DNA of 64,000 nucleotides from an uncultured virus (IMG/VR IMGVR_UViG_3300032167_007731) (Duplodnaviria; Heunggongvirae; Uroviricota; Caudoviricetes): IMG/VR virus record IMGVR_UViG_3300032167_007731; one strand, 5' to 3'. Shown piece by piece: positions 9,324 to 17,745 of this stretch (position 1 is its first letter; each line of letters starts with the position of its first letter). The notes under the pieces were generated by a model. It saw only the letters and a program-made list of their open reading frames with translations, ran no database searches and was not told where the DNA came from. The position numbers and the translations under genes were made by a program.

Positions 9324-11468
9324 CTACTTGTGAGTATCAGTATATTCTTTTCTCAAACTAATAATATCTCTCTTTGCACGAGATTTATCCTTAGCAACCC
9401 ATTTTAAGAATGGATGGTCTATCTTTGGACTACCACCCTTTGCCATTATCTCAACTTGACTTCTTAAATACTTCCAATATTTATAATACTCACACTTATA
9501 CTTAAACATAAAATTATGACTATCTACAAATACAAAACCCTCAATAAAATGATTTTTCCACTTATAATCATCTTTATGTATTTCTTCAAAAAATGACTTT
9601 AATTCTTGTGCATCATTTAATACTACACATTGCTCTTTATAAGGTAATCCAAATAACTCTGCTGTTTCCTTTACAGTTTCATAATCATAATTTTTAAATC
9701 TCACATTATTCTCAATAATATCTAAAAGAATAACTTTATTTTCATTATATTTTATAATATGAGGGTCATTAACAATATCTATAACTTCAAAAACAAGTGT
9801 TACATTATGAGGTTTCATATACTTATACAATGATTCTTCACTTACTTTAGATAACAAAATATTCTTAAAATAGTTAGAATATTCTCCATCTATTTCTGAC
9901 TTTGAACAAAAAAGTAAACTATCACTTTCCTTATCAAATCCTAATAAGCCCAAAAAACCATTTTCTTTCTTATAAGCAGTTACAGGATAAGACAAAGTAT
10001 TTGGTAATACATCAGCATTAGTTTCTGGTCTTTCATTTATATTAAAAAATTTATCATAACCACGTGCTACTATTTCAGAAGTATTATTATTTATAAATAA
10101 ACCCCTTGCTTTTGTTGTTATTTCATCCCAAACACCATGATTAAAAGCATTACGACTGAAATTATATGAAGTAATATTATAACCCTCTTGTTTAACAGCC
10201 TTAATATTTTCATTCATATCCAAAATATCAAGCATTTCACCTACTGTTTCAAACTCACCATCTGGTCTTTTTCTATAAACAGGATTTGGAGTATAAATTT
10301 CATGAAAACCATCTCTATCTAATTCCAAACAACGAAGATTTCCACCAAATTCAATATGCTCACAAAGATTAAAACATCTATTATTTACTTTAATAGGTAC
10401 TTGTTCAATATTTCTATGCCCATGAACCTGATAAACTTCTTTATCCCAATTCTGTTCAGCAAAAGATTTATTTACTTCTAACATATCCTTATACTGACCT
10501 ACACCACGAATTAACTGCTCTGCATTAACCAAAGATAAATTAGATGGTAATTTACTTAAGCCACCATGAGTACATAATACAACTTTACCATTCCACTTAT
10601 AAATAACACATTGACGAAGTTTACTCAAAATTATTTTTATATCTTTAACAAGTCTATCATTTTCTGAATAATCATCAAATTCTTTTCTTGTTGTATTCTC
10701 AAAATCAACAGAACGACCTATCTCACCTTCAAGATATAATCTAAAATTCTTTTCGTGATTACCCTCAAGAATAACTACATTTTCTTTTTGACATAATTCA
10801 GCCATACAATGAACCATTTCTATATTTTCAAGACCTCTATCAATATAATCCCCAATAAAAATATAAAAATAATTAGGATTTATACCATCTTTTAAGTAAT
10901 TCTGTAACGCAGTATAACAACCATGAATATCTCCAATATGAACTATCTTTTCATACTTACTTAAATCAATAGTTCTATATCTTGTTTCTGTAAGCCAATC
11001 TTCAGGTTTAATTACTTTTATTCCACCTGGAACAGAACTATTTTTCAAACTTTCAGCCATTCTATATATAACATGCTTACCTACTTGCTTATGTTCTGGT
11101 CTTTCTTCATCTCGTCTAACACATTCTTCAACAGGAACATCTGTAAAATCAACACAATAAACTCTATATCTATACTGTTTAGCCAATTTATTAACTTTCT
11201 GCATGTCAGCAGTCTTTATATTAGTAGAGTCTAAAACAGTAAATGCTCCCTGCTGAAATCTTCTTTCTAAAACATCATAAAGTAAACCCCACATAGCTTT
11301 GCTTACATTATGATTTATACCAAATGTGCCATCTACTTGAAGTTCATTACTACCTAATAACTGTCTCATATTATCTGACGAAACAGTATAGTCTCTTAAT
11401 TTATGATTATCTATGAAAGTACTTTTACCACTTGCTGGTAAACCCCTTAATAACATTAACATTCTCAT
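9324..11468 (-). CDS. Trifunctional polynucleotide kinase / metallophosphoesterase / RNA ligase (Pnkp-like RNA repair enzyme)
   Basis: P-loop GLPASGKS; GDIHG, GDYIDRG, GNHE phosphoesterase motifs; ligase RGYDKFFNINE, KENG (motif I), EGFVF, FKYK; ATG 11468 (track 11477 uses the RBS GTG). Confidence 0.92.
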   Translation of the reverse strand: MRMLMLLRGLPASGKSTFIDNHKLRDYTVSSDNMRQLLGSNELQVDGTFGINHNVSKAMWGLLYDVLERRFQQGAFTVLDSTNIKTADMQKVNKLAKQYRYRVYCVDFTDVPVEECVRRDEERPEHKQVGKHVIYRMAESLKNSSVPGGIKVIKPEDWLTETRYRTIDLSKYEKIVHIGDIHGCYTALQNYLKDGINPNYFYIFIGDYIDRGLENIEMVHCMAELCQKENVVILEGNHEKNFRLYLEGEIGRSVDFENTTRKEFDDYSENDRLVKDIKIILSKLRQCVIYKWNGKVVLCTHGGLSKLPSNLSLVNAEQLIRGVGQYKDMLEVNKSFAEQNWDKEVYQVHGHRNIEQVPIKVNNRCFNLCEHIEFGGNLRCLELDRDGFHEIYTPNPVYRKRPDGEFETVGEMLDILDMNENIKAVKQEGYNITSYNFSRNAFNHGVWDEITTKARGLFINNNTSEIVARGYDKFFNINERPETNADVLPNTLSYPVTAYKKENGFLGLLGFDKESDSLLFCSKSEIDGEYSNYFKNILLSKVSEESLYKYMKPHNVTLVFEVIDIVNDPHIIKYNENKVILLDIIENNVRFKNYDYETVKETAELFGLPYKEQCVVLNDAQELKSFFEEIHKDDYKWKNHFIEGFVFVDSHNFMFKYKCEYYKYWKYLRSQVEIMAKGGSPKIDHPFLKWVAKDKSRAKRDIISLRKEYTDTHK

Positions 11469-11492
11469 AATTATCACCTAAAATTTAAATTT

Positions 11493-11780
11493 CTAATCAT
11501 CCAACAATAACAAATCTTGTGTCATTAAACATATTTCATTAAACTCTTCAGCAGTATAAGGTTTACCCCTATGTGTCTCTACTTTATACAAATCTTCATC
11601 ACAATTCATACATTGATAGGAATAACCTTTAATTGAACCCTGAACATTATTATTTAATTCTGATTTCAACACAGGACAACCACATCTATTACACCTTATT
11701 GTCTTATATATTCTTTTACAGACATAATCATAAGTTTTTGGTGCTTTATTTTTATCAAATTTTATACCATTATACTTCAA
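11493..11780 (-). CDS. Small zinc-ribbon protein
   Basis: CNRCG...CMNCD; TTG start behind an AAAGGAG RBS; first gene after promoter 11813..11841. Confidence 0.7.
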   Translation of the reverse strand: MKYNGIKFDKNKAPKTYDYVCKRIYKTIRCNRCGCPVLKSELNNNVQGSIKGYSYQCMNCDEDLYKVETHRGKPYTAEEFNEICLMTQDLLLLDD

Positions 11781-11812
11781 TTTTGATTGCTCCTTTCAAA
11801 TGCCTTTTATAC

Positions 11813-11841
11813 ATTATAACACAAAAATAAAAACTTGTCAA
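11813..11841 (-). promoter_or_regulatory. Consensus sigmaA promoter (extended -10)
   Basis: Minus: TTGACA-agtttttatttttgtgt (17)-TATAAT. Confidence 0.9.
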
Positions 11842-11850
11842 TATAAACAC

Positions 11851-11880
11851 AAGAAAAGAGAGTAAATATTTTACTCCCTT
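11851..11880 (-). terminator. Intrinsic terminator after the small membrane-peptide gene
   Basis: Minus: AAGGGAGUAAA-AUA-UUUACUCUCUU-UUCUU. Confidence 0.8.
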
Positions 11881-11909
11881 AACTATAGAAACAATATAAT
11901 TTTACTAAA

Positions 11910-12029
11910 TTAAATTATACAACTAAAAAGATACACTAAACAATTAAATATAACAGATACTACAACAAATCCTATAATACCACCTATTATCATACCTATT
12001 ATTGTACCCTTTGTTATCTCTTTTTCCAT
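11910..12029 (-). CDS. 39-aa single-TM peptide resembling the N-terminus of the pilin at 48115..48816 (not in ORF track)
   Basis: Translated by hand: MEKEITKGTIIGMIIGGIIGFVVVSVIFNCLVYLFSCII*; AAGGAGG RBS; has its own promoter and terminator. Confidence 0.8.
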   Translation of the reverse strand: MEKEITKGTIIGMIIGGIIGFVVVSVIFNCLVYLFSCII

Positions 12030-12062
12030 TATGTATAATCCTCCTTAAATAAATTATATCTT

Positions 12063-12092
12063 ATTATAACAGAGAATTATATCTTTTGTCAA
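12063..12092 (-). promoter_or_regulatory. Consensus sigmaA promoter (extended -10)
   Basis: Minus: TTGACA-18 nt-TATAAT with TGn, directly upstream of the 39-aa ORF. Confidence 0.85.
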
Positions 12093-12120
12093 TAAGCAAA
12101 ATATTAACTTTCTATTAAAA

Positions 12121-12147
12121 TTGGGTAGTCAACGCACAACTACCCAA
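12121..12147 (-). terminator. Intrinsic terminator
   Basis: TTGGGTAGT-caacgcaca-ACTACCCAA followed by UUUU on minus. Confidence 0.75.
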
Positions 12148-12170
12148 TAATATTTCATATATATCACATT

Positions 12171-12392
12171 TTAATCCCATTGTAAAAAGATTCTCTTTCC
12201 ATCTATTTCAACAAACTGCTCTCCATCAATACTTCCAACAGGATTACCATTATCCCAACCATATAAATTTAATAAAATATCAGTATTTTTATACACTATA
12301 TGAGCATAAGTATAAAGTTTTGCGTCTCTCCTATAATCCTTTGCTTTTCCCAACTTTACTTTCCTATAAACCTTCTTTTCCATAATAATCAC
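12171..12392 (-). CDS. Small hypothetical protein
   Basis: AAGGAG RBS; true start probably MEKKVY. Confidence 0.65.
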   Translation of the reverse strand: MIIMEKKVYRKVKLGKAKDYRRDAKLYTYAHIVYKNTDILLNLYGWDNGNPVGSIDGEQFVEIDGKRIFLQWD

Positions 12393-12406
12393 TCCTTAAA
12401 TAATTA

Positions 12407-12772
12407 TTAAACTCTCTTAAACATCAACACAAATTTACTACAAGTTTTATAAGATTTTTCACCTAATAACACCTCTGTAGGTATAACATCACAAATTCTC
12501 CAACCTGTCATATAACTTACCGCTATTTCATCATTTGCACTTGTTGAAGGACAAGCATAATAGAATTTACCTATATGTGCATTTCTAAAAGTTGTAAGCA
12601 TAACATTCATAGTCTCTGAAAATGTCTCTGTTACCAAAGGATAATCTAATTTTAAGTCTTGAGATAAATTATACGCTCTTATTGCATCAATTTCACCACG
12701 ATGAAACGATTTTACTCCATATTCCTTATTTAACCCTTCCATAAAACTATTTTTTCTACTCATATTTATCAC
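12407..12772 (-). CDS. Hypothetical protein
   Basis: ORF in operon; true start probably MSRKNS. Confidence 0.7.
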   Translation of the reverse strand: MINMSRKNSFMEGLNKEYGVKSFHRGEIDAIRAYNLSQDLKLDYPLVTETFSETMNVMLTTFRNAHIGKFYYACPSTSANDEIAVSYMTGWRICDVIPTEVLLGEKSYKTCSKFVLMFKRV

Positions 12773-13551
12773 CCCAATATTCTCTTTTCACATATATCAA
12801 AATATTCCTTTTCTTTTTCTATACCAATAAAATCTCTACCTAACTTTTTACAAGCTACACCTGTTGTTCCACTTCCCATTGTAAAATCTAACACAATATC
12901 GCCCTCATTACTATACGATTTAACTAAATACTCCATTAAATCAATAGGTTTCTGTGTAGGATGATACCTTAAATCCACTTCTGAATTATTATATTCTTTT
13001 GTCTTACTTGGTGTAAAAGGAACTTTACAAGATACAATATTTATAGGATTTCTTTCTCCTGTATCTGGTTTACGAGTTCTCTTTATCTTACCATAAATAT
13101 TATTACCAACTTCAACTTCCTTAAAAGTCTTACGCTGTGTTAAAAACTCTTTATCCTCAACTAACCACTTCTGAGGATTAAAAGTATATTTTGCATTTTT
13201 ACTAAAAACCACAATATCTTCTAAAACTTGAATATGTCTTTGGTCTGCACTAAAACCATTACCACTCTTATTCTTTAACCAAACTATATTCTCTCTAAAT
13301 TCAACAACATTTGACATAACAAGATTACTAGTAAATGGCTGTTTGGCAAATAATACAATAGGTCCATTAGGACAAATCATATGTAAACAATCCCACATTT
13401 CTTCAAAAGGAATTACCCTATCCCAAGCACATTGAGTTGTACTATAAGGTGGGTCTGTTATGACAGAGTCTACAACTACACCTTGTTCTATTAACTTTTT
13501 CATTTCTTCTATACAATCACCATTTATTAATCTCAAGTCAATGTACCCCAT
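12769..13551 (-). CDS. Orphan N6-adenine/N4-cytosine DNA methyltransferase (beta class)
   Basis: ITDPPY precedes HPTQKP and VLDFTMGSGTTG; GRDFIGIE; no adjacent restriction enzyme. Confidence 0.93.
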   Translation of the reverse strand: MGYIDLRLINGDCIEEMKKLIEQGVVVDSVITDPPYSTTQCAWDRVIPFEEMWDCLHMICPNGPIVLFAKQPFTSNLVMSNVVEFRENIVWLKNKSGNGFSADQRHIQVLEDIVVFSKNAKYTFNPQKWLVEDKEFLTQRKTFKEVEVGNNIYGKIKRTRKPDTGERNPINIVSCKVPFTPSKTKEYNNSEVDLRYHPTQKPIDLMEYLVKSYSNEGDIVLDFTMGSGTTGVACKKLGRDFIGIEKEKEYFDICEKRILG

Positions 13552-13553
13552 TT

Positions 13554-13814
13554 CTAATTAAAAATCTCATCTTTCATACCATAGAAAGCATCTCTAACTA
13601 TTTCTTCTATTTCATACTTCTGAACATCTGTAAAAGTATTAAAAGAATAACCCTCATTCTTTAAGTCCTCTTTTATCATCTTAAATACTGTAGGAAAACG
13701 AGGGTACTTACCATTCTTATTAAAATAACTATAAACATTACAACTAACCATAGAGGGAATATCACCTAATAATTGACCAAAATTAGATGAACCCATATCT
13801 GAACCTTTAGCCAT
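13554..13814 (-). CDS. Hypothetical protein, tandem paralog of 13840..14103
   Basis: ATG 13814 (MAKGSD) behind GGGGTG; shares PSxVS, PRFxxVxKMxKE and TDxQKYE with its neighbour. Confidence 0.75.
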   Translation of the reverse strand: MAKGSDMGSSNFGQLLGDIPSMVSCNVYSYFNKNGKYPRFPTVFKMIKEDLKNEGYSFNTFTDVQKYEIEEIVRDAFYGMKDEIFN

Positions 13815-13839
13815 ATTTAACACCCCACAAATAGTATTT

Positions 13840-14103
13840 TTATTCACCAAATTCAGCCTGTCTAATACCCCAATATGTATCTTCTGCTGTTGATTTTAAC
13901 TCATACTTCTGATTATCTGTTAAAGCATTATAACTACAACCTAAATCTTTTACAAATTGTTCTTTACACATTTTATAAACACTATCAAAACGAGGCTTCT
14001 TACCACCAATATCATTCATAACTTTATAAAAACAATCACTAACTACAGAAGGAACAGAATTTATATAATTAAATACTGCGTCATTACTAATTCCTTTTGC
14101 CAT
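13840..14103 (-). CDS. Hypothetical protein, tandem paralog of 13554..13814
   Basis: ATG 14103 (MAKGIS) behind GGAGTG; same shared motifs. Confidence 0.75.
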   Translation of the reverse strand: MAKGISNDAVFNYINSVPSVVSDCFYKVMNDIGGKKPRFDSVYKMCKEQFVKDLGCSYNALTDNQKYELKSTAEDTYWGIRQAEFGE

Positions 14104-14131
14104 ATTTATCACTCCAATTCATTTATTTGAA

Positions 14132-14157
14132 CAGTCAGGCTACTTAAAGCCTGACTG
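14132..14157. terminator. Stem-loop after the SLH gene (terminator or processing site)
   Basis: CAGTCAGGCT-acttaa-AGCCTGACTG; only a weak U-tract. Confidence 0.6.
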
Positions 14158-14171
14158 AACATTACTTTTTA

Positions 14172-16484
14172 TTATTTACTTGCTGCTTTTACAATAGAAC
14201 TATAAGCCCAATGAGAACTATTTAAGTCATTAAATACATTTGACTTTGAAGTGCTATTATTTCTATAAAATACCCTATTTAACATTGTTACAGCTTCAGC
14301 ACGAGTTATATAATTACTTCCACCAAATGTTCCATTAGGATAACCATTTATAATACCTGCATTACAACATTTTGCAATCTTCTTATCTAATGAAGTGTTA
14401 TATAAATCTGTCAAATTACAAGTATCACTAAAATCAGATAAATCCAAAGCATTATAAAGCATTTCTGCAACTTCTTCTCTTGTTATCTTATCTGAAGGTC
14501 TATATGAACTTGTCTTGCTTACTACACCCATAGCAACCAATTCTGCAATACCATCTTTTGACCAATTTGCATATACATCATTTATATAATCAGAAGAAGT
14601 TATTTTATCTTTACTTTCAAGTATTCTTGATAACATAACACCAAATTCTTCACGACTAATGTTCAAATCTGGTCCAAAACTACCATCTGTATAACCATTT
14701 ATATAACCATCTTCCAAAACTGTCTTATTAAGAGATATTCCACTATTTAACAAATAATTATTGCCTCTCTTATCTATACCATCACATTTTTCTCTAATAT
14801 CATCTACAACTTCAATAGTAAATTTATAACTATTAGAACCATATTTTACAGTAACATTGGTTTTTCCTTCTTTCAAACCAATTAAATCTATTTCTTTTTC
14901 ATTATTTGTTCCAACATATACACTATAACTCTTTGTATTTTTTGAGAAATTACTTACATCTAATTTCAAAATAGTAGGGTCATCTATAGTAACAGTTGCA
15001 GAACTATAACTACTATTAGTTTCTAACACTAAAACAGTATAATCATCCACTTCTATCTTTTCTTCTTCAACAGTTGCATCTAAACCACTAACATTTGAAA
15101 TATTACTACTTGTAACTTCAACATTTACATAAATATAAGAGCCATCATCAAACTTTATTCTTATTCTTGTATCACCTACTGTTTTACCTGTTACAGATAC
15201 ACTTGTATCACTATAAATAGTTGTTTTAGAAATACTTGCAATACTACTATCCTCTACACTTAATGTTGCTCTATCACAATCCTCTAAATAAATATAAAAA
15301 CTTGAAGAACTACCTTTTCTAACTATTATATCTTCTTTTGAAACATAAGGTTCATAATTACCATTACTTTCACAATTTATATACAAATAAACAGTATCAC
15401 CACTATCATATTTTATCTTTACTGTACTTTCACCTGCTTTTTTAGCAGTTATTTTTAATGAACCATTTGAATAGAATGTTGTCTTATTTACTGAAACATA
15501 AGTACTACTATAAGTTACAGTCGCTTTATCTGCATAATATTCATCCAAATCAATATAATATGTTTCATAATCACCTTTATCTATATATAAATCCTCTTCC
15601 TCATCACCATAACCTGAGGAATAACCACCATCTTCACCACAATAAATATAGAGATATACAGTATCACCACTATCATACTTAATCTTTACTTCACTATCTC
15701 CCTCTTCAAGAGCAGTAATTCTTAATGTTCCATTTGAATAGAAATAACTTTTATTCACTTCTACATAATCTTCATCATAAGTAATTCTCGCACTGTCTGC
15801 ATCATAATCATCTAAATCAATATAATAACTACAAGTATCATCAATATCATCTAAATAAAATTCTTCTTCATCATCACCATAATTACTACCACTACTATAA
15901 GAAGTTACTACATCAATATAATAAGTTTCTGTATCACCTGTATTATACTTAATTTTTAAAGTACAATCACCTTTATATCTACCTGTAATTTTTAAGTACC
16001 CATTTGAATAAAAAGTTGTCTTATCTACACTTATATAACTTGAATTATATGTAATATTCGCCCTTGTAGCACCATACTCATCTAAATCAATATAAATTTT
16101 CTCATAATCACCTTTCATAATTTCCAAATTATCTTCATCTTCTTCATAACGAGAAGAACTACTATACCTATCAGATACATTAACTTTTACAGACGCACTA
16201 TTTCCATCATCAAAAGCTAAAGTAATATAACAAGTACCCTCTGTTATACCTGTAATATAAAGAGTTGTTCCTGTAATATAGGCATCTGCACACAAATTAC
16301 TCTCAATAACCTCAGCAGATTGTGCTTGACCACCATAAGAAAAACCTACACTTGTTGAACTGCCTACCCTAACTGTTACCTCATCTTTATATAGAGAAGG
16401 AGTTGAACTATAAGCATAAGCTGGAATTGCAAAAGAAAAAATCATACATAAAATTAAAGCAAATGAAAAAATTCTTTTACCCAT
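14172..16484 (-). CDS. Secreted S-layer homology protein with tandem Ig-like repeats and three C-terminal SLH domains
   Basis: Signal peptide; three ~89-aa Tyr/Asp-rich repeats (YIDLDxY...FYSNGxLxITxxxxG...IKYxxGDT); YINGYTDGSFGPDLNISREEF, ITREEVA, ITRAEAV. Confidence 0.9.
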   Translation of the reverse strand: MGKRIFSFALILCMIFSFAIPAYAYSSTPSLYKDEVTVRVGSSTSVGFSYGGQAQSAEVIESNLCADAYITGTTLYITGITEGTCYITLAFDDGNSASVKVNVSDRYSSSSRYEEDEDNLEIMKGDYEKIYIDLDEYGATRANITYNSSYISVDKTTFYSNGYLKITGRYKGDCTLKIKYNTGDTETYYIDVVTSYSSGSNYGDDEEEFYLDDIDDTCSYYIDLDDYDADSARITYDEDYVEVNKSYFYSNGTLRITALEEGDSEVKIKYDSGDTVYLYIYCGEDGGYSSGYGDEEEDLYIDKGDYETYYIDLDEYYADKATVTYSSTYVSVNKTTFYSNGSLKITAKKAGESTVKIKYDSGDTVYLYINCESNGNYEPYVSKEDIIVRKGSSSSFYIYLEDCDRATLSVEDSSIASISKTTIYSDTSVSVTGKTVGDTRIRIKFDDGSYIYVNVEVTSSNISNVSGLDATVEEEKIEVDDYTVLVLETNSSYSSATVTIDDPTILKLDVSNFSKNTKSYSVYVGTNNEKEIDLIGLKEGKTNVTVKYGSNSYKFTIEVVDDIREKCDGIDKRGNNYLLNSGISLNKTVLEDGYINGYTDGSFGPDLNISREEFGVMLSRILESKDKITSSDYINDVYANWSKDGIAELVAMGVVSKTSSYRPSDKITREEVAEMLYNALDLSDFSDTCNLTDLYNTSLDKKIAKCCNAGIINGYPNGTFGGSNYITRAEAVTMLNRVFYRNNSTSKSNVFNDLNSSHWAYSSIVKAASK

Positions 16485-16598
16485 ACAAATAACCTCCTAA
16501 AATTAAACTAATTTGTCTTTATAACGACATCATAATTTAATTTTTTATGTTGTTCATTTTTCATTTATGCATTATATTTTTTCTATTACCCTAAAATT

Positions 16599-17126
16599 TT
16601 ACAAATAAACTCTATAACCTATAATATTAGGGTCGCATTGAAATTCTGTATTTATTGCCCTTATATGCCTCAAAATAGTACTATAAATCTCTGTTACCTG
16701 ACTTATAGAACTAACCCTATATAAATAAGAATTCAAATTATAAGAAAATTCAGTCATATCCTTTAATACCATATCATCACTACAACCATAATGAATACCT
16801 CTCTTCTTTACCTGTTCTGCCTTTTTCTTTAGTTCATTATAAAATTTCTTATAATCTTCTACATCTTTACTATAACGAGGCCAAATATCTAATAAACGTG
16901 CCTTATATTTATTTGTATAACTAATCTTAACACCATATTTTTTACACACAGCCAACAATTCTTTATATTTTTCTAAAATATCTTCTTGTCTAAATTTTTC
17001 AATATTATTAGCCTGTATAAAAACTGTATTTTCATTTGCAATATAAATCTTATTATCACTTATCTCATATTTCATATTTGGTAAAACAGGTTTAGCTAAA
17101 TATTCTTTATCAGTCATATTAAACAC
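16599..17126 (-). CDS. Hypothetical protein
   Basis: ORF with AGGAG RBS; true start probably MTDKEY. Confidence 0.7.
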   Translation of the reverse strand: MFNMTDKEYLAKPVLPNMKYEISDNKIYIANENTVFIQANNIEKFRQEDILEKYKELLAVCKKYGVKISYTNKYKARLLDIWPRYSKDVEDYKKFYNELKKKAEQVKKRGIHYGCSDDMVLKDMTEFSYNLNSYLYRVSSISQVTEIYSTILRHIRAINTEFQCDPNIIGYRVYL

Positions 17127-17367
17127 TCCTTGCTTTCTTTTTCTTCTTTTTAGTATATTCTTTTACCCATTTATCATAATAAAAATTAGCATCATCACTA
17201 TCTAATTCATTATAATTCTCAATAACTTTACAATTATCATCTAAGTCATTTACTAATACAGAGAACAACTTTGTTTTTTCATCAATATTTAATAATACAA
17301 CATAATTATGCTTTCTATATCTTAAATGTTTTTCTTTTATTCTTTTCATATAACTCACCTCAAACAA
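17119..17367 (-). CDS. Small hypothetical protein (basic C-terminus)
   Basis: True start probably MKRIKE behind GAGGTG. Confidence 0.6.
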   Translation of the reverse strand: MFEVSYMKRIKEKHLRYRKHNYVVLLNIDEKTKLFSVLVNDLDDNCKVIENYNELDSDDANFYYDKWVKEYTKKKKKKARSV

Positions 17368-17611
17368 TTCTTCTCATAAATGCTTGTTTCATATCTATTT
17401 CTTTCATTTCTAAATCTTTTGTAAAATAGTAACCCTTTATATTATTTATAGTAGTAGGATTTATACAATAACTCTCAAATATTCTTGTTATTGCATTTGT
17501 TTTACTATTACTCTCAATAAATACATTTTCTGGTTTATTTACAATAGGAGGAAATAAACTAAATATAAATACTTTATTATTTATTTTTCTACATATATCC
17601 ATAATAATCAC
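17360..17611 (-). CDS. Small hypothetical protein
   Basis: AAGGAG RBS; true start probably MDICRK. Confidence 0.6.
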   Translation of the reverse strand: MIIMDICRKINNKVFIFSLFPPIVNKPENVFIESNSKTNAITRIFESYCINPTTINNIKGYYFTKDLEMKEIDMKQAFMRRIV

Positions 17612-17702
17612 TCCTTAACTTTCTTAATAAAAAATAAATTTATATGTCTAAAAAAATTATTAATCAATACTTATTCATGTCCTTTACAAAAATTTAAAAT
17701 TA

Positions 17703-17733
17703 AAAAAGGGTTTAGAAAAACTAAACCCTTTTT
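17703..17733 (-). terminator. Intrinsic (bidirectional-type) terminator
   Basis: AAAAAGGGTTTAG-aaaaa-CTAAACCCTTTTT. Confidence 0.85.
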
Positions 17734-17745
17734 AATAATTAAATA

